A DNA stretch of 64,000 bases from an uncultured delta proteobacterium (GCA_963787125.1 CAWBBV010000018.1:15188-79187); one strand, 5' to 3'; counted from the first letter of the stretch, positions 52,107-61,239 are shown. Notes: generated from the letters alone by a model not told the origin. Translations and numbers: made by a program.

Positions 52107-52183
52107 GCGCCCGTAGCTCAGCTGGATAGAGCAACGGCCTTCTAAGCCGTAGGTCGTACGTTCGAGTCGTACCGGGCGCGCCA
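52107..52183 (+). tRNA. tRNA-Arg(TCT)
   Basis: GCGCCCG acceptor stem, ACGGC-CTTCTAA-GCCGT anticodon arm, CCA end. Confidence 0.96.
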
Positions 52184-52200
52184 CATTAGAACGATTACAC

Positions 52201-52236
52201 AAAGGGTTAGCTAGAAATAGCTAGCCCTTTCTTTTT
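52201..52236 (+). terminator. intrinsic terminator after the tRNAs
   Basis: AAAGGGTTAGCTA-GAAA-TAGCTAGCCCTTT plus T run. Confidence 0.8.
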
Positions 52237-52290
52237 GTTGCTTTCGTCGATCTGTCGCAGCTGCTATTCTTAATCAATACGGAGGTAGTT

Positions 52291-52704
52291 ATGGAAGGAA
52301 TTAAAAAGTTTTTTTCCGCAAATGACCTGTTTGCCCGCCACAACGGTATCGAGCTTCTTGAAGTTTCTGAGGGGAGGGCGCTGGTGAAAATGAAGATATT
52401 GCCGTATCACTTCAACGGTGCCGGCACTGTTCACGGCGGAGCGATCTTCACGCTGGCTGATTTTGCCTTTGCAGTTGCTTCAAACTCTCACAACCGGCTC
52501 TCCATGGGGATCAATACCAGCGTTAATTTTGTCAAAGCCGCAGTGAAAGGGACACTTTATGCTGAGGCAAAAGAGCAGTCTCTCAATTCGAAACTTGCCA
52601 CCTATAGTGTCATGGTTACGGATGACGACAAGAGTATCGTGGCGATATTTCAAGGGATGGTTTATCGCAAGCAGGAAGCCGTTTTGAAAGAACTGGAGCA
52701 GTAA
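52291..52704 (+). CDS. PaaI-family (hotdog) thioesterase
   Basis: NGAGTVHGGAIFTLADFAFA. Confidence 0.92.
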   Translation: MEGIKKFFSANDLFARHNGIELLEVSEGRALVKMKILPYHFNGAGTVHGGAIFTLADFAFAVASNSHNRLSMGINTSVNFVKAAVKGTLYAEAKEQSLNSKLATYSVMVTDDDKSIVAIFQGMVYRKQEAVLKELEQ

Positions 52705-54878
52705 TGAAGCTGACTGAAGAGCAGACCCTTGAAATTATCCCTCATATAGCTCTGGCTACAGGTCTCAAATCGGTTCAGGTCAAACAGACTATCGAGCTGT
52801 TACAGGAAGGGGCAACTGTCCCTTTTATCGCTCGCTATCGCAAGGAGCAGACCGGTGAGCTTGATGAAGTGCAGATCAGGGCTATTGAAGAACAGTTCAC
52901 TTATTGCTGTGAACTTGAAGAGCGTAAACTCACAATACTGAAATCGATTGACGAGCAGGGAAAACTGACTCCGGAGCTACGCTCTCTTATCCGTTCGTCA
53001 CGGCAGAAGACCGAACTTGAAGATATTTACCTGCCGTACAGGCCAAAGCGGCGCACCAAGGCGACTATTGCCCGTGAGCGGGGTCTTGAGCCGCTGGCTG
53101 ATATAGTGGCTGCCCAGGAGCTGCTGACCGGAACTATCGACGCAGTTGCTCAGCCGTTTATTGATCCGGCAAAAGATGTTCCTGATGCTGCAGCAGCCAT
53201 AGAAGGCGCCGGGCATATCCTGGCAGAGCGTCTTGCCGATAACGCCGATGCTCGCGCCATGGTGCGGCGGCTTACCAGGGAACAGGGGGTTATGACCTCA
53301 AGGGTCACTGTTGCCAGTAAGGGGCAGGTCACCAAATTCGAGATGTATTATGATTATCAGGAGCAGCTCAAGGGTGTGCCTTCACACCGGATGCTTGCCA
53401 TGCGCCGCGGCGAAAAGGAAGAGGTTTTGTTTCTTGCTATCGGCGCCCCGCAGGTCGAGATCCTGGCCGGGCTCAAAGCACGCCTGGTTTTACGAAAAAG
53501 TATCTTTGTCGAGCTGCTTGAACGGGTGGCGGAGGATGCCTATAAACGCCTGATTGCCCCGTCAATAGAGGTTGAACTGCGTCTGGAGGCCAAGGAAAAT
53601 GCTGATGAGGCGGCCATTCAGATCTTTGCCACAAATCTGCGTGATCTACTGCTGGCGCCACCGGCTGGCGGCAAAGTAGTGCTGGGAGTCGATCCAGGCT
53701 TTCGCAGCGGCTCAAAACTGGCAGTGGTCGATTCTACAGGACGTTTTCTCGAGAATGTTACAATTTATCCCCATATCGGTGAGGGGCGGATCCCTCAAGC
53801 ACGGCAGGAGCTGCTCAGGATTGTCAGGACTCATTCAGTAGAGATGATCGCTGTCGGTAACGGCACCGCCGGCCGGGAGATGGAAATCTTCGTCAAGGAG
53901 ACTTTAAATGATGACGGCCTGAAACTACCGGTCGTCTCAATAAGTGAAGCCGGCGCCAGTGTCTACTCTGCTTCGGAAATTGCCCGGGAAGAGTTTCCCG
54001 AGCTGGATCTTACCGTGCGGGGCGCAATCTCAATTGCCAGGCGTTTGCAGGATCCACTGGGAGAACTGGTCAAGGTCGACCCAAAGAGCATCGGTGTCGG
54101 ACAGTATCAGCACGATGTCAATCAGGTCATGCTGAAGAAATCCCTTGATAGCGTTGTCGAGTCGTGTGTCAACTATGTCGGTGTCGATCTTAATACTGCG
54201 TCCTGGGCACTGCTCTCCTACGTCTCCGGTGTCGGTCCTGCTCTGGCAAAGGCAATTACCCGTTACCGTGACGAAAACGGCTCTTTCCCTTCCCGTAAGG
54301 CTCTTATGAAAGTGCCCCGCTTCGGAGCTAAAGCCTTTGAGCAGGCCGCCGGCTTTCTGCGCCTCCGTGGCGGGAAAAACCCGCTTGATAACAGCGCTGT
54401 TCACCCGGAGCGCTATGGACTGGTAGAGACCATGGCTGCTGACCTGGGTGTCTCACTGGTCGAGCTGGTTGCTGACCCTGCATTGACCGGCAGGATTGAC
54501 CTCAAGCGTTATGTGACGGCCAGTGTCGGGCTGCCGACTCTTGGTGATATAGTCGAGGAGCTCAAGAAACCGGGTCGTGACCCGCGCAATCAATTTCAGA
54601 CAGCAGCGTTCCGTGACGATATCCGCGAAATAAGCGATCTTTTGGAGGGGATGATTCTCCAGGGTATAGTTACCAATGTCACCGCATTCGGCGCCTTTGT
54701 TGACATAGGTGTCCATCAGGACGGTCTTGTGCATATCAGTCACCTGGCCAACCGCTATGTCAAAGATCCAAGTGTCGTTGTCAAAGCCGGTGAGCTGGTA
54801 AAAGTGAAGGTGCTGACTGTGGATGCCAAGCGCAAGCGAATCGCACTTTCAATAAAAGAGGCAAACGCCTCAGCCTAG
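52704..54878 (+). CDS. tex: Tex RNA-binding transcription accessory protein
   Basis: GATVPFIARYRKE, DPGFRSG, GNGTAGRE, GVGQYQHD, C-terminal S1 domain. Confidence 0.96.
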   Translation: MKLTEEQTLEIIPHIALATGLKSVQVKQTIELLQEGATVPFIARYRKEQTGELDEVQIRAIEEQFTYCCELEERKLTILKSIDEQGKLTPELRSLIRSSRQKTELEDIYLPYRPKRRTKATIARERGLEPLADIVAAQELLTGTIDAVAQPFIDPAKDVPDAAAAIEGAGHILAERLADNADARAMVRRLTREQGVMTSRVTVASKGQVTKFEMYYDYQEQLKGVPSHRMLAMRRGEKEEVLFLAIGAPQVEILAGLKARLVLRKSIFVELLERVAEDAYKRLIAPSIEVELRLEAKENADEAAIQIFATNLRDLLLAPPAGGKVVLGVDPGFRSGSKLAVVDSTGRFLENVTIYPHIGEGRIPQARQELLRIVRTHSVEMIAVGNGTAGREMEIFVKETLNDDGLKLPVVSISEAGASVYSASEIAREEFPELDLTVRGAISIARRLQDPLGELVKVDPKSIGVGQYQHDVNQVMLKKSLDSVVESCVNYVGVDLNTASWALLSYVSGVGPALAKAITRYRDENGSFPSRKALMKVPRFGAKAFEQAAGFLRLRGGKNPLDNSAVHPERYGLVETMAADLGVSLVELVADPALTGRIDLKRYVTASVGLPTLGDIVEELKKPGRDPRNQFQTAAFRDDIREISDLLEGMILQGIVTNVTAFGAFVDIGVHQDGLVHISHLANRYVKDPSVVVKAGELVKVKVLTVDAKRKRIALSIKEANASA

Positions 54879-54962
54879 CGGTTAAAACTCTCCCTTAACA
54901 TACTCCTTATATTCTGAAAAATAGCTCCACTTAGCGGAAAAAACCTTCTTGCAAGCGCAACA

Positions 54963-54979
54963 AGTTGTATGATACAACT
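54963..54979. promoter_or_regulatory. candidate operator overlapping the putative -10 of the U32 gene
   Basis: Perfect inverted repeat AGTTGTAT-G-ATACAACT; TTGCAA at 54949-54954 as a possible -35. Confidence 0.5.
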
Positions 54980-55016
54980 AAATCAGTTGCAGGCAGGCAG
55001 CAGTCAGGAGGGAGCA

Positions 55017-56168
55017 ATGAGTAAAACCCGGAAACATTCGGCAAAGGGGTTAAAGGTCCCGTTTAACTGGGACATCAAACTATTCGCTGAGCTGGCTGGA
55101 ATCAATGCCAGTCGCGACACGGTAACTCCGATTGTGGAAGTCTATGCAGCTGATAAATTTTCACTCCTTGGTTCCGGCAGAACGTCCAGCACTGTCAATG
55201 AGCGTCAACTGCCACTTGAGGCTTATATTGCAGAGGCGCACCGTCATAACATCAAATTCGAATACCTCTGGAACGCAATCACCATCGGCGGCAGGGAGTG
55301 GGATCCGGGTTTTCAGCAGGAGTTGCGTCTGGAAGCAGAAAAACTTGTCACCGCCGGTGTCGATAGTTTTACGGTGACCAATCCGCTACTCTGTCTCAAA
55401 TTGAAGAAATGGTTCCCGGAAATAACCTTAACCTCAAGCGTCAATAATCATGTGGACAATCTGGAGCGGATCAAGCAGCAGATCGATTATGCCCACATCG
55501 ACCGGATAATGCTCGATAACAGGCATAGCCGCAACTTTGGCCTGATAAAGAAAGTCAGTAAAAAATTCCCGCATCATCCGCTTATTGTTCTGGTAAATGA
55601 AGCCTGTCTGCCAGACTGTGTGCTGCAGCCTTTTCATCAGGAGCATACGGCCCACTCATCACGGCTTGGAAACGATTATTGCGCTCCGGATCTTTGCAGA
55701 ATTCTCTGCAGCATGGCGAAAATTAAAGATCCGGTCTACACCCTTAAGGCACCATGGGTAAGACCAGAGGATATCCATTATCTGCTGGAGGCCGGGGCAA
55801 GTATTATCAAGCTGGCAGGCAGGACAGAAAGTTCTGAATGGATTGTCCGTTTAAGCAGAGCTTATGCTTATGGGCGTTATGATGGCGATATCTGGGAATT
55901 TGTCGAGAAACCCGGCTCAGTCCGGCCCGAATGGGAGGCTGCTGTCGGCAAAAAGCTTGTGCCCAGCCGATTCTCGGTGGATAATAAGGAGATGGCCGGA
56001 TTTATCGAACCTTTTGTTGAAGGTACTGTCCCCTGCGTTAAAACCTATAACGGTTGTGGCAACTGCACATGGTGCGACCGCTGGATGCATGCAGTCACCT
56101 GTCCCGGCAACATTCTCGAGCGGTTGCAGGATCTGGAAATGATTTATGCAAAGGCGGTCGGTGATTGA
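55017..56168 (+). CDS. peptidase U32-family (Fe-S hydroxylase-like) protein with Cys-rich C-terminus
   Basis: GSGR, EAHRHNIKFEYLWN, NEACLPDC...CRILC, WVRPED, IKLAGR; C-terminal C-x6-CGNCTWC; AGGAGG RBS. Confidence 0.8.
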   Translation: MSKTRKHSAKGLKVPFNWDIKLFAELAGINASRDTVTPIVEVYAADKFSLLGSGRTSSTVNERQLPLEAYIAEAHRHNIKFEYLWNAITIGGREWDPGFQQELRLEAEKLVTAGVDSFTVTNPLLCLKLKKWFPEITLTSSVNNHVDNLERIKQQIDYAHIDRIMLDNRHSRNFGLIKKVSKKFPHHPLIVLVNEACLPDCVLQPFHQEHTAHSSRLGNDYCAPDLCRILCSMAKIKDPVYTLKAPWVRPEDIHYLLEAGASIIKLAGRTESSEWIVRLSRAYAYGRYDGDIWEFVEKPGSVRPEWEAAVGKKLVPSRFSVDNKEMAGFIEPFVEGTVPCVKTYNGCGNCTWCDRWMHAVTCPGNILERLQDLEMIYAKAVGD

Positions 56169-56204
56169 AGTAAGTGTTAACCTGTCTAAAGGAGATAAGC
56201 TTTC

Positions 56205-57548
56205 ATGGACAAGCGTGAATGGGATAAATCAGGATGGCGTTCTTATCCGGCTGTGCAGCAGCCTTCGTGGCCTGATAAGCAAGCCTATGAGCAGGTGCTG
56301 CAAAATATTTCACAACTTCCGCCGCTGGTTTTTGCCGGTGAGAGCCGGACATTGAAGGGGCAATTGGCAGAAGCGGCGGAAGGAAAAGCTTTTGTCCTGC
56401 AGTGCGGCGATTGCTCCGAAGATTTTTCCAGGTGTAGCGGTCCGGCAATTCGTGAACTTCTCAAGGTTATTCTGCAAATGTCGGTAATTCTGGCGTATGC
56501 GGGTGAAAAAAAAGTCATCAAAATCGGCAGAATAGCCGGGCAGTATGCCAAACCCCGCTCTGCAGACACCGAAGTTATCAATGGTCTGGAAATACCGACC
56601 TATCGTGGCGACATGGTTAACAGCCCGGATGCTACAACCGCAGCCAGGATACCCGATCCGGGCAGAATGCTGGAAGGCTATTTTCGGGCAGCAGCAACCC
56701 TGAATCTTGTCCGGGCATTTACTCTCGGTGGCTTTGCCGCGCTGGAGCGGGTCCGGGACTGGCATAGTGAATCGCTGCGGACCTTGCCGGCAAGTGAAAA
56801 ATATGAACAACTTGCCAGCCAGATCAGTAAAACCATCAACTTCATCAAAACAATCGGCCTCGATGCAAACAACCCGTCATTGAGTCAGGTAACACTTTAT
56901 ACGTCCCACGAAGCGCTGCTTTTAGGGTATGAAGAGGCGCTGACCCGGATGGATACCTCCAGCGGCGAGTGGTATGATTGCAGTGCCCATATGCTTTGGA
57001 TTGGTGATCGGACCAGGCAGTTGAACGGCGCGCACGTGGAGTTCCTGCGCGGTGTCTGCAACCCTGTCGGCTTTAAAATCGGCCCAAGTTACTCGATCGA
57101 TGAGATAAAGAAAATAATCCTGAAACTGAATCCGGAAAATGAAGCCGGCCGGCTCACTCTCATCACCCGCTTTGGCGCAGACAAAATCAATTCATACCTG
57201 TCGCCATTGGTTCGCGAGATTAAAAAGGAAGGCTTCAAAGTCGTCTGGAGCTGCGATCCGATGCACGGCAATACCTATCAAGGCGAGTATGGCCACAAGA
57301 CAAGAAACTTTGCTGATATTCTCACGGAAATTCGCAATTTCTTCATGATTCACCGGGCGGAAGGAACCATCCCGGGAGGCGTTCATCTAGAACTGACCGG
57401 CGATAATGTGACCGAGTGTACTGGTGGTAGCAGGCAACTTCTGGATCACCATCTCCAGGAGAATTATCAGACCAACTGTGATCCGCGCCTTAATGCTGAA
57501 CAGAGTGTCGAGCTGGCCTTCGAGCTTGCCCAGATGCTGCATATATGA
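56205..57548 (+). CDS. class II DAHP synthase
   Basis: GRIAGQYAKPRS, YTSHEALLL, LWIGDRTRQ, CDPMHGNT, CDPRLN. Confidence 0.95.
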   Translation: MDKREWDKSGWRSYPAVQQPSWPDKQAYEQVLQNISQLPPLVFAGESRTLKGQLAEAAEGKAFVLQCGDCSEDFSRCSGPAIRELLKVILQMSVILAYAGEKKVIKIGRIAGQYAKPRSADTEVINGLEIPTYRGDMVNSPDATTAARIPDPGRMLEGYFRAAATLNLVRAFTLGGFAALERVRDWHSESLRTLPASEKYEQLASQISKTINFIKTIGLDANNPSLSQVTLYTSHEALLLGYEEALTRMDTSSGEWYDCSAHMLWIGDRTRQLNGAHVEFLRGVCNPVGFKIGPSYSIDEIKKIILKLNPENEAGRLTLITRFGADKINSYLSPLVREIKKEGFKVVWSCDPMHGNTYQGEYGHKTRNFADILTEIRNFFMIHRAEGTIPGGVHLELTGDNVTECTGGSRQLLDHHLQENYQTNCDPRLNAEQSVELAFELAQMLHI

Positions 57549-57701
57549 TCCCCGTATGCGGCAGCCTAATGTACGGGTTGTTGCTGTGAATACTTCTTGT
57601 ATTTATCGATTTGCCCTGTTACATTGCATGAACTATTGCATGTAATGTGGCAGGGTTTAAGCTGCGAATCCTACCTGACAGAGATGGAGAAGGGGGCGGG
57701 G

Positions 57702-58682
57702 ATGGCAATTCAGGATACCCATGGAAGGACGATTAATTATCTGCGCCTCTCGATAACCGAGAGCTGTAACCTCCGTTGTCTTTATTGCGTCCCCTCCAAA
57801 ACAAGCCAGGATACGCAGGTATCTGAGCAGCTCTCCTTTGATGAGATGTTCAGGATTGCTCGCGCTGCAGTTGATCTCGGCGTTGAAAAGATCCGGATTA
57901 CCGGCGGCGAGCCTTTGTTCAACCCCGGGGTGATAGATTTTCTTGCAAGCCTTAAAAAGCTGCCAGGTTTACAGAAGTTGGTAGTTACTACAAACGGCAT
58001 CCTGCTTGAGGAGATGGCAGCAGATCTCCGCTTTGCGGGCGTCGACAGCCTCAATATCAGCCTTGATTCACTTGACACAAAGAACTTCTGGAAAATTACC
58101 CGTGGCGGCGATCTGAATAAGGTTATGCGGGGAGTCGAGGCTGCCGAGCGCGCCGGTTTCAATAACCTCAAATTCAATGTCGTGGTGATGCGTGGGATAA
58201 ACGATGCCGAGGTAAGCGATTTTGCAGCCTTGACCCTGCAAAAGCCCTACAAAATCCGCTTTATTGAGCATATGCCCACTGTCGGCGGCAGTCGTGCCGC
58301 TAACTACACCATCCCCGGGGCTGAGCTTTTACAGCGGTTGGTGCAGAACTTCTCCCTGCAAAAAGTTGCCAAGGATCCTCTGGACGGGCCGGCGGTTTAT
58401 TATCGACTTGATGGCGCAACAGGTCAGATCGGTTTTATAACTCCAATCTCCTGTCACTTTTGTCATGATTGTAACCGGATCAGGGTGACGTCCACCGGTA
58501 TGCTCAAAGGGTGCCTGTTTGACAACGGGGTCATGAACCTGAAACAGACCCTTGCTTCAGGAGATGACATGGATCTTAAAAAAGCCCTGCAGCGTGCGGT
58601 AAGTATGAAGCCGTTGCAGCACAGCCTCAATGAAAGCTCGGACAGTGATATTCCAATAGCCATGTCCTGCATCGGTGGTTAG
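57702..58682 (+). CDS. moaA: GTP 3',8-cyclase
   Basis: YLRLSITESCNLRCLYC, TGGEP, FCHDCNRIR, C-terminal IGG. Confidence 0.94.
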   Translation: MAIQDTHGRTINYLRLSITESCNLRCLYCVPSKTSQDTQVSEQLSFDEMFRIARAAVDLGVEKIRITGGEPLFNPGVIDFLASLKKLPGLQKLVVTTNGILLEEMAADLRFAGVDSLNISLDSLDTKNFWKITRGGDLNKVMRGVEAAERAGFNNLKFNVVVMRGINDAEVSDFAALTLQKPYKIRFIEHMPTVGGSRAANYTIPGAELLQRLVQNFSLQKVAKDPLDGPAVYYRLDGATGQIGFITPISCHFCHDCNRIRVTSTGMLKGCLFDNGVMNLKQTLASGDDMDLKKALQRAVSMKPLQHSLNESSDSDIPIAMSCIGG

Positions 58683-58700
58683 ACTAAAGAGGGTACCTGC

Positions 58701-59147
58701 ATGAACGGAACAGTAGTGGCCGTAAGCGTAAGCGAAAAAAAAGGAGAGCGAAAAACTCCTGTCCCCAGAGTTGAACTTAAAGTAGAGCACGGCATTATCG
58801 GCGATGCTCATGCCGGTGACTGGCATCGGCAGGTGAGTCTCTTGGCGATCGAAAGCATCGAAAAGATGCAGCGTCTCGGACTGTCGGTGGACTCCGGCGA
58901 TTTTGCCGAAAACATTACGACAAAAGGGATCGTCCTGCCGGAACTACCCATCGGTAGTCGTATCGCAATCGGTGAGACGCTGCTTGAGGTAACCCAGATC
59001 GGTAAGGAGTGTCATACCCGTTGTGCCATATTCTATCAGGCCGGCGACTGTGTCATGCCTAAGGAAGGGATTTTTGCCAGGGTACTGGTGGGTGGTGCTA
59101 TCAAGCCGGGTGATTCTGTTGCGGTGGTTGAAGCAGAAGTAGGGTGA
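58701..59147 (+). CDS. MOSC-domain protein
   Basis: GDAHAGDWHRQVSLL, FAENITT, QIGKECH...C...CVMPKEGIF. Confidence 0.9.
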   Translation: MNGTVVAVSVSEKKGERKTPVPRVELKVEHGIIGDAHAGDWHRQVSLLAIESIEKMQRLGLSVDSGDFAENITTKGIVLPELPIGSRIAIGETLLEVTQIGKECHTRCAIFYQAGDCVMPKEGIFARVLVGGAIKPGDSVAVVEAEVG

Positions 59148-59229
59148 GGCAACTTAAAGATCTTTCTTTAACGATCAACTTACAGTCTTTCAAGACCCCA
59201 AAGGCTGATTCACTTCATAATTTATAAGA

Positions 59230-59269
59230 AACGCCGTGAAGTCCATAATAAAGGGCTTTACGGCGTTTT
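59230..59269 (+). terminator. intrinsic terminator
   Basis: AACGCCGTGAAGTCC...GGGCTTTACGGCGTT plus T run. Confidence 0.75.
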
Positions 59270-59304
59270 TGTTAGCTTAAAATGTCTCGTGTCAAGAGCA
59301 GTCC

Positions 59305-59330
59305 CGACCGAGGTCGCCCGGCTACCCGAT
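59305..59330 (+). mobile_element. remnant 3' end (domain VI) of a group IIC intron
   Basis: CGAC-CGAG-GTCG-CCCGGCTACCCGAT; the 13-mer CCCGGCTACCCGA is identical to 63988-64000; followed by TGGAC. Confidence 0.65.
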
Positions 59331-59367
59331 TGGACATTCGCCTTTACGATATCCTCGCGGATGTTTA

Positions 59368-59413
59368 TTGCAATTATGATCTTTTAAAGTTATATTCCAG
59401 TATAACTTTAAAA
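59368..59413 (+). promoter_or_regulatory. pemIK promoter and autoregulatory operator
   Basis: TTGCAA-17 nt-TATATT overlapped by perfect IR TTTTAAAGTTATA-N6-TATAACTTTAAAA. Confidence 0.75.
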
Positions 59414-59424
59414 GGTGGTGGACT

Positions 59425-59682
59425 ATGCACACAACAAATCTTCGTAAAGTAGGCGGATCGATCATGTTGGCCGTACCACCGGCCATCCTCGATATTCTGC
59501 ATTTACACGCCGGCGCAACGGTTGGCCTTGCCGTCGATCACGGCCGACTAGTTGTTGAACCAATATTACGTCCGAGATACAGCTTGGACGAACTGCTGGC
59601 TCAGTGTGACGCATCCGCCGAGTTCAGTGCAGAAGATCGCGTCTGGCTGGATAGTAAGCCTGTCGGCAGTGAGCTACTGTAA
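59425..59682 (+). CDS. pemI: PemI/MazE (AbrB-fold) antitoxin
   Basis: MHTTNLRKVGGSIMLAVPPA...YSLDELLAQCD closely follows plasmid R100 PemI. Confidence 0.9.
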   Translation: MHTTNLRKVGGSIMLAVPPAILDILHLHAGATVGLAVDHGRLVVEPILRPRYSLDELLAQCDASAEFSAEDRVWLDSKPVGSELL

Positions 59683-60014
59683 TGGAGCGCGGCGATATTT
59701 ACCTGGTGTCACTTGACCCGACTTCAGGTCATGAGCAGCAGGGGACACTCCCCGTCTTGGTTGTGTCTCCGTCGTCCTTCAACCGTCTAACAAAAACGCC
59801 AGTTGTGCTGCCAATTACCAGTGGAGGCAACTTTACGCGTACAGCTGGCTTTGCCGTATCGCTGGTTGGGGCAGGGACGAAAACCACTGGTGTAATCAGA
59901 TGTGACCAACCTCGCGCACTCGACTTAGCCTCGCGCAGTGCCCATAAGCTGGAGAGTGTGCCAGAGACTATCATGAATGAAGTCCTGGCGAAGTTGTCCA
60001 CAATTTTTGAGTGA
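59682..60014 (+). CDS. pemK: PemK/MazF endoribonuclease toxin (conserved Arg replaced by Leu23)
   Basis: MERGDIYLVSLDPTSGHEQQG, PITSGGNF, RCDQPR; TAATG coupling to the antitoxin. Confidence 0.9.
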   Translation: MERGDIYLVSLDPTSGHEQQGTLPVLVVSPSSFNRLTKTPVVLPITSGGNFTRTAGFAVSLVGAGTKTTGVIRCDQPRALDLASRSAHKLESVPETIMNEVLAKLSTIFE

Positions 60015-60019
60015 CCGAT

Positions 60020-60049
60020 GGGGGGCGTCTTTCAAACGCCCCCTGTTTT
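60020..60049 (+). terminator. intrinsic terminator after pemK
   Basis: GGGGGCGT...ACGCCCCC-TGTTTT. Confidence 0.75.
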
Positions 60050-60200
60050 CAATTGCCCATATAATCGTTTTGCCTAAATGTCCACACAACCAAACCAAAT
60101 GCTGCATCACGAGATGTTTTCTGCCGTTATCGTCTTTTCTGGTTTGTAATTCACCTTTAAATCGCCTTTTCATGGTTTCTCGGAAATGCCATGTGGTGTG

Positions 60201-60514
60201 CTAATGAAAATACCAATTTCTCCAGATCACAACGGCATTGACGATAAATAGAAGGGCAGTAAATGAAAGCAAAAGCCGAAGATTTCTCCGCCGACGAATG
60301 GTTTCTGTTACGCTTGCGGCAATAATCAAAATAATCGCGAGAATTGTATAATGCATAAAGTCATTTTTGGGGTGGTTGGGGACTAATATTCCGAAGAATA
60401 GATTCAAGAAACCATATAAATTCAGCCAAAAGAAGAATGCAATGAAGTAGGCTATCGCATTGAGAAATTTCTGAAGTCCGGGGCTTAGATCGGTTGCTTC
60501 AATTTCTATTTCAT
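60201..60514 (-). pseudogene. small membrane-protein cassette ORF, frameshifted at codon 2
   Basis: AAGGA RBS and ATG at 60514 are one base out of frame with an open frame IEIEATDLSPGLQKF...WYFH* (3 TMs); lies directly after the attC core GTTGGAC. Confidence 0.55.
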
Positions 60515-60523
60515 TTCCTTATT

Positions 60524-60583
60524 GTCCAACGTCGTGGGGTTCACCTGTCTGGTTTTAGGGCAGGTGAACCCCGTTGGTTGGCA
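60524..60583 (-). repeat. integron attC-like site (60 bp)
   Basis: Minus strand: TGCCAAC-CAAC-GGGGTTCACCTG-13 nt-CAGGTGAACCCC-ACGAC-GTTGGAC; GTTRRRY core is perfect. Confidence 0.7.
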
Positions 60584-60625
60584 TTTTTGCTCTCGGCATT
60601 TCTTCGACATATTTGTTAATTCCAA

Positions 60626-60659
60626 TTGACGGTAGTACTAATTTATGGTACTAATTTAT
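60626..60659 (+). promoter_or_regulatory. hicAB promoter/operator
   Basis: TTGACG-17 nt-TACTAA with tandem GTACTAATTTAT repeat. Confidence 0.6.
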
Positions 60660-60660
60660 T

Positions 60661-60904
60661 GTGAAGAGAGAACATACCAAAACCCTCGAATCGATCTTTG
60701 CCCACCCGGTCCCGGCCAATATCCAGTGGCCGGATATCGTAGGAACTGGGGGCAGAGATCACCGAACGGGAAGGCTCACGTATCGGTGTACGTCTATTTG
60801 GTGACCGGCGAGTGTTTCATCGTCCGCATCCTTCGCCCGACACCGATAAGGGAGCCGTAACAGCCATTCGAAAGTGGCTGGAAGAAAATGGGGTGACACC
60901 ATGA
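60661..60904 (+). pseudogene. hicA: HicA toxin, frameshifted by an internal deletion near 60742
   Basis: MKREHTKTLESIFAHPVPANIQWPDIV in one frame, ELGAEITEREGSRIGV...FHRPHPSPDTDKGAV...GVTP* in another; ATGA overlap with hicB. Confidence 0.88.
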
Positions 60905-61239
60905 ACACTATGGACATTAACGGTTATCAGGCAGTAATTTCATTTGATCCGGAAATCAACATGTTCCGGGGTGAATTTGTCGGGCTTAACGGCGGAGCCG
61001 ATTTTTATGCTACCAGTGTTGATGATCTCCGCAAAGAGGGGGAAATATCCTTAAAGACTTTCCTTGAAATGTGTGTCGAAGAGGGTGTTGAGCCTCGCAA
61101 ACATTTTTCCGGAAAGTTCAATTTGCGTGTGCCTCCGACTTTGCATGAAAGGCTTGCTGCTCAAGCTGCTGCTCATGGTAAAAGCATTAACGCCTGGATA
61201 ACTGAACTGCTGTCGGAAACTACAGCCCACGTTCATTAG
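60901..61239 (+). CDS. hicB: HicB antitoxin
   Basis: GYQAVISFDPEINMFRGEFVGLNGGADFYA, FSGKFNLRV RHH domain. Confidence 0.92.
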   Translation: MNTMDINGYQAVISFDPEINMFRGEFVGLNGGADFYATSVDDLRKEGEISLKTFLEMCVEEGVEPRKHFSGKFNLRVPPTLHERLAAQAAAHGKSINAWITELLSETTAHVH

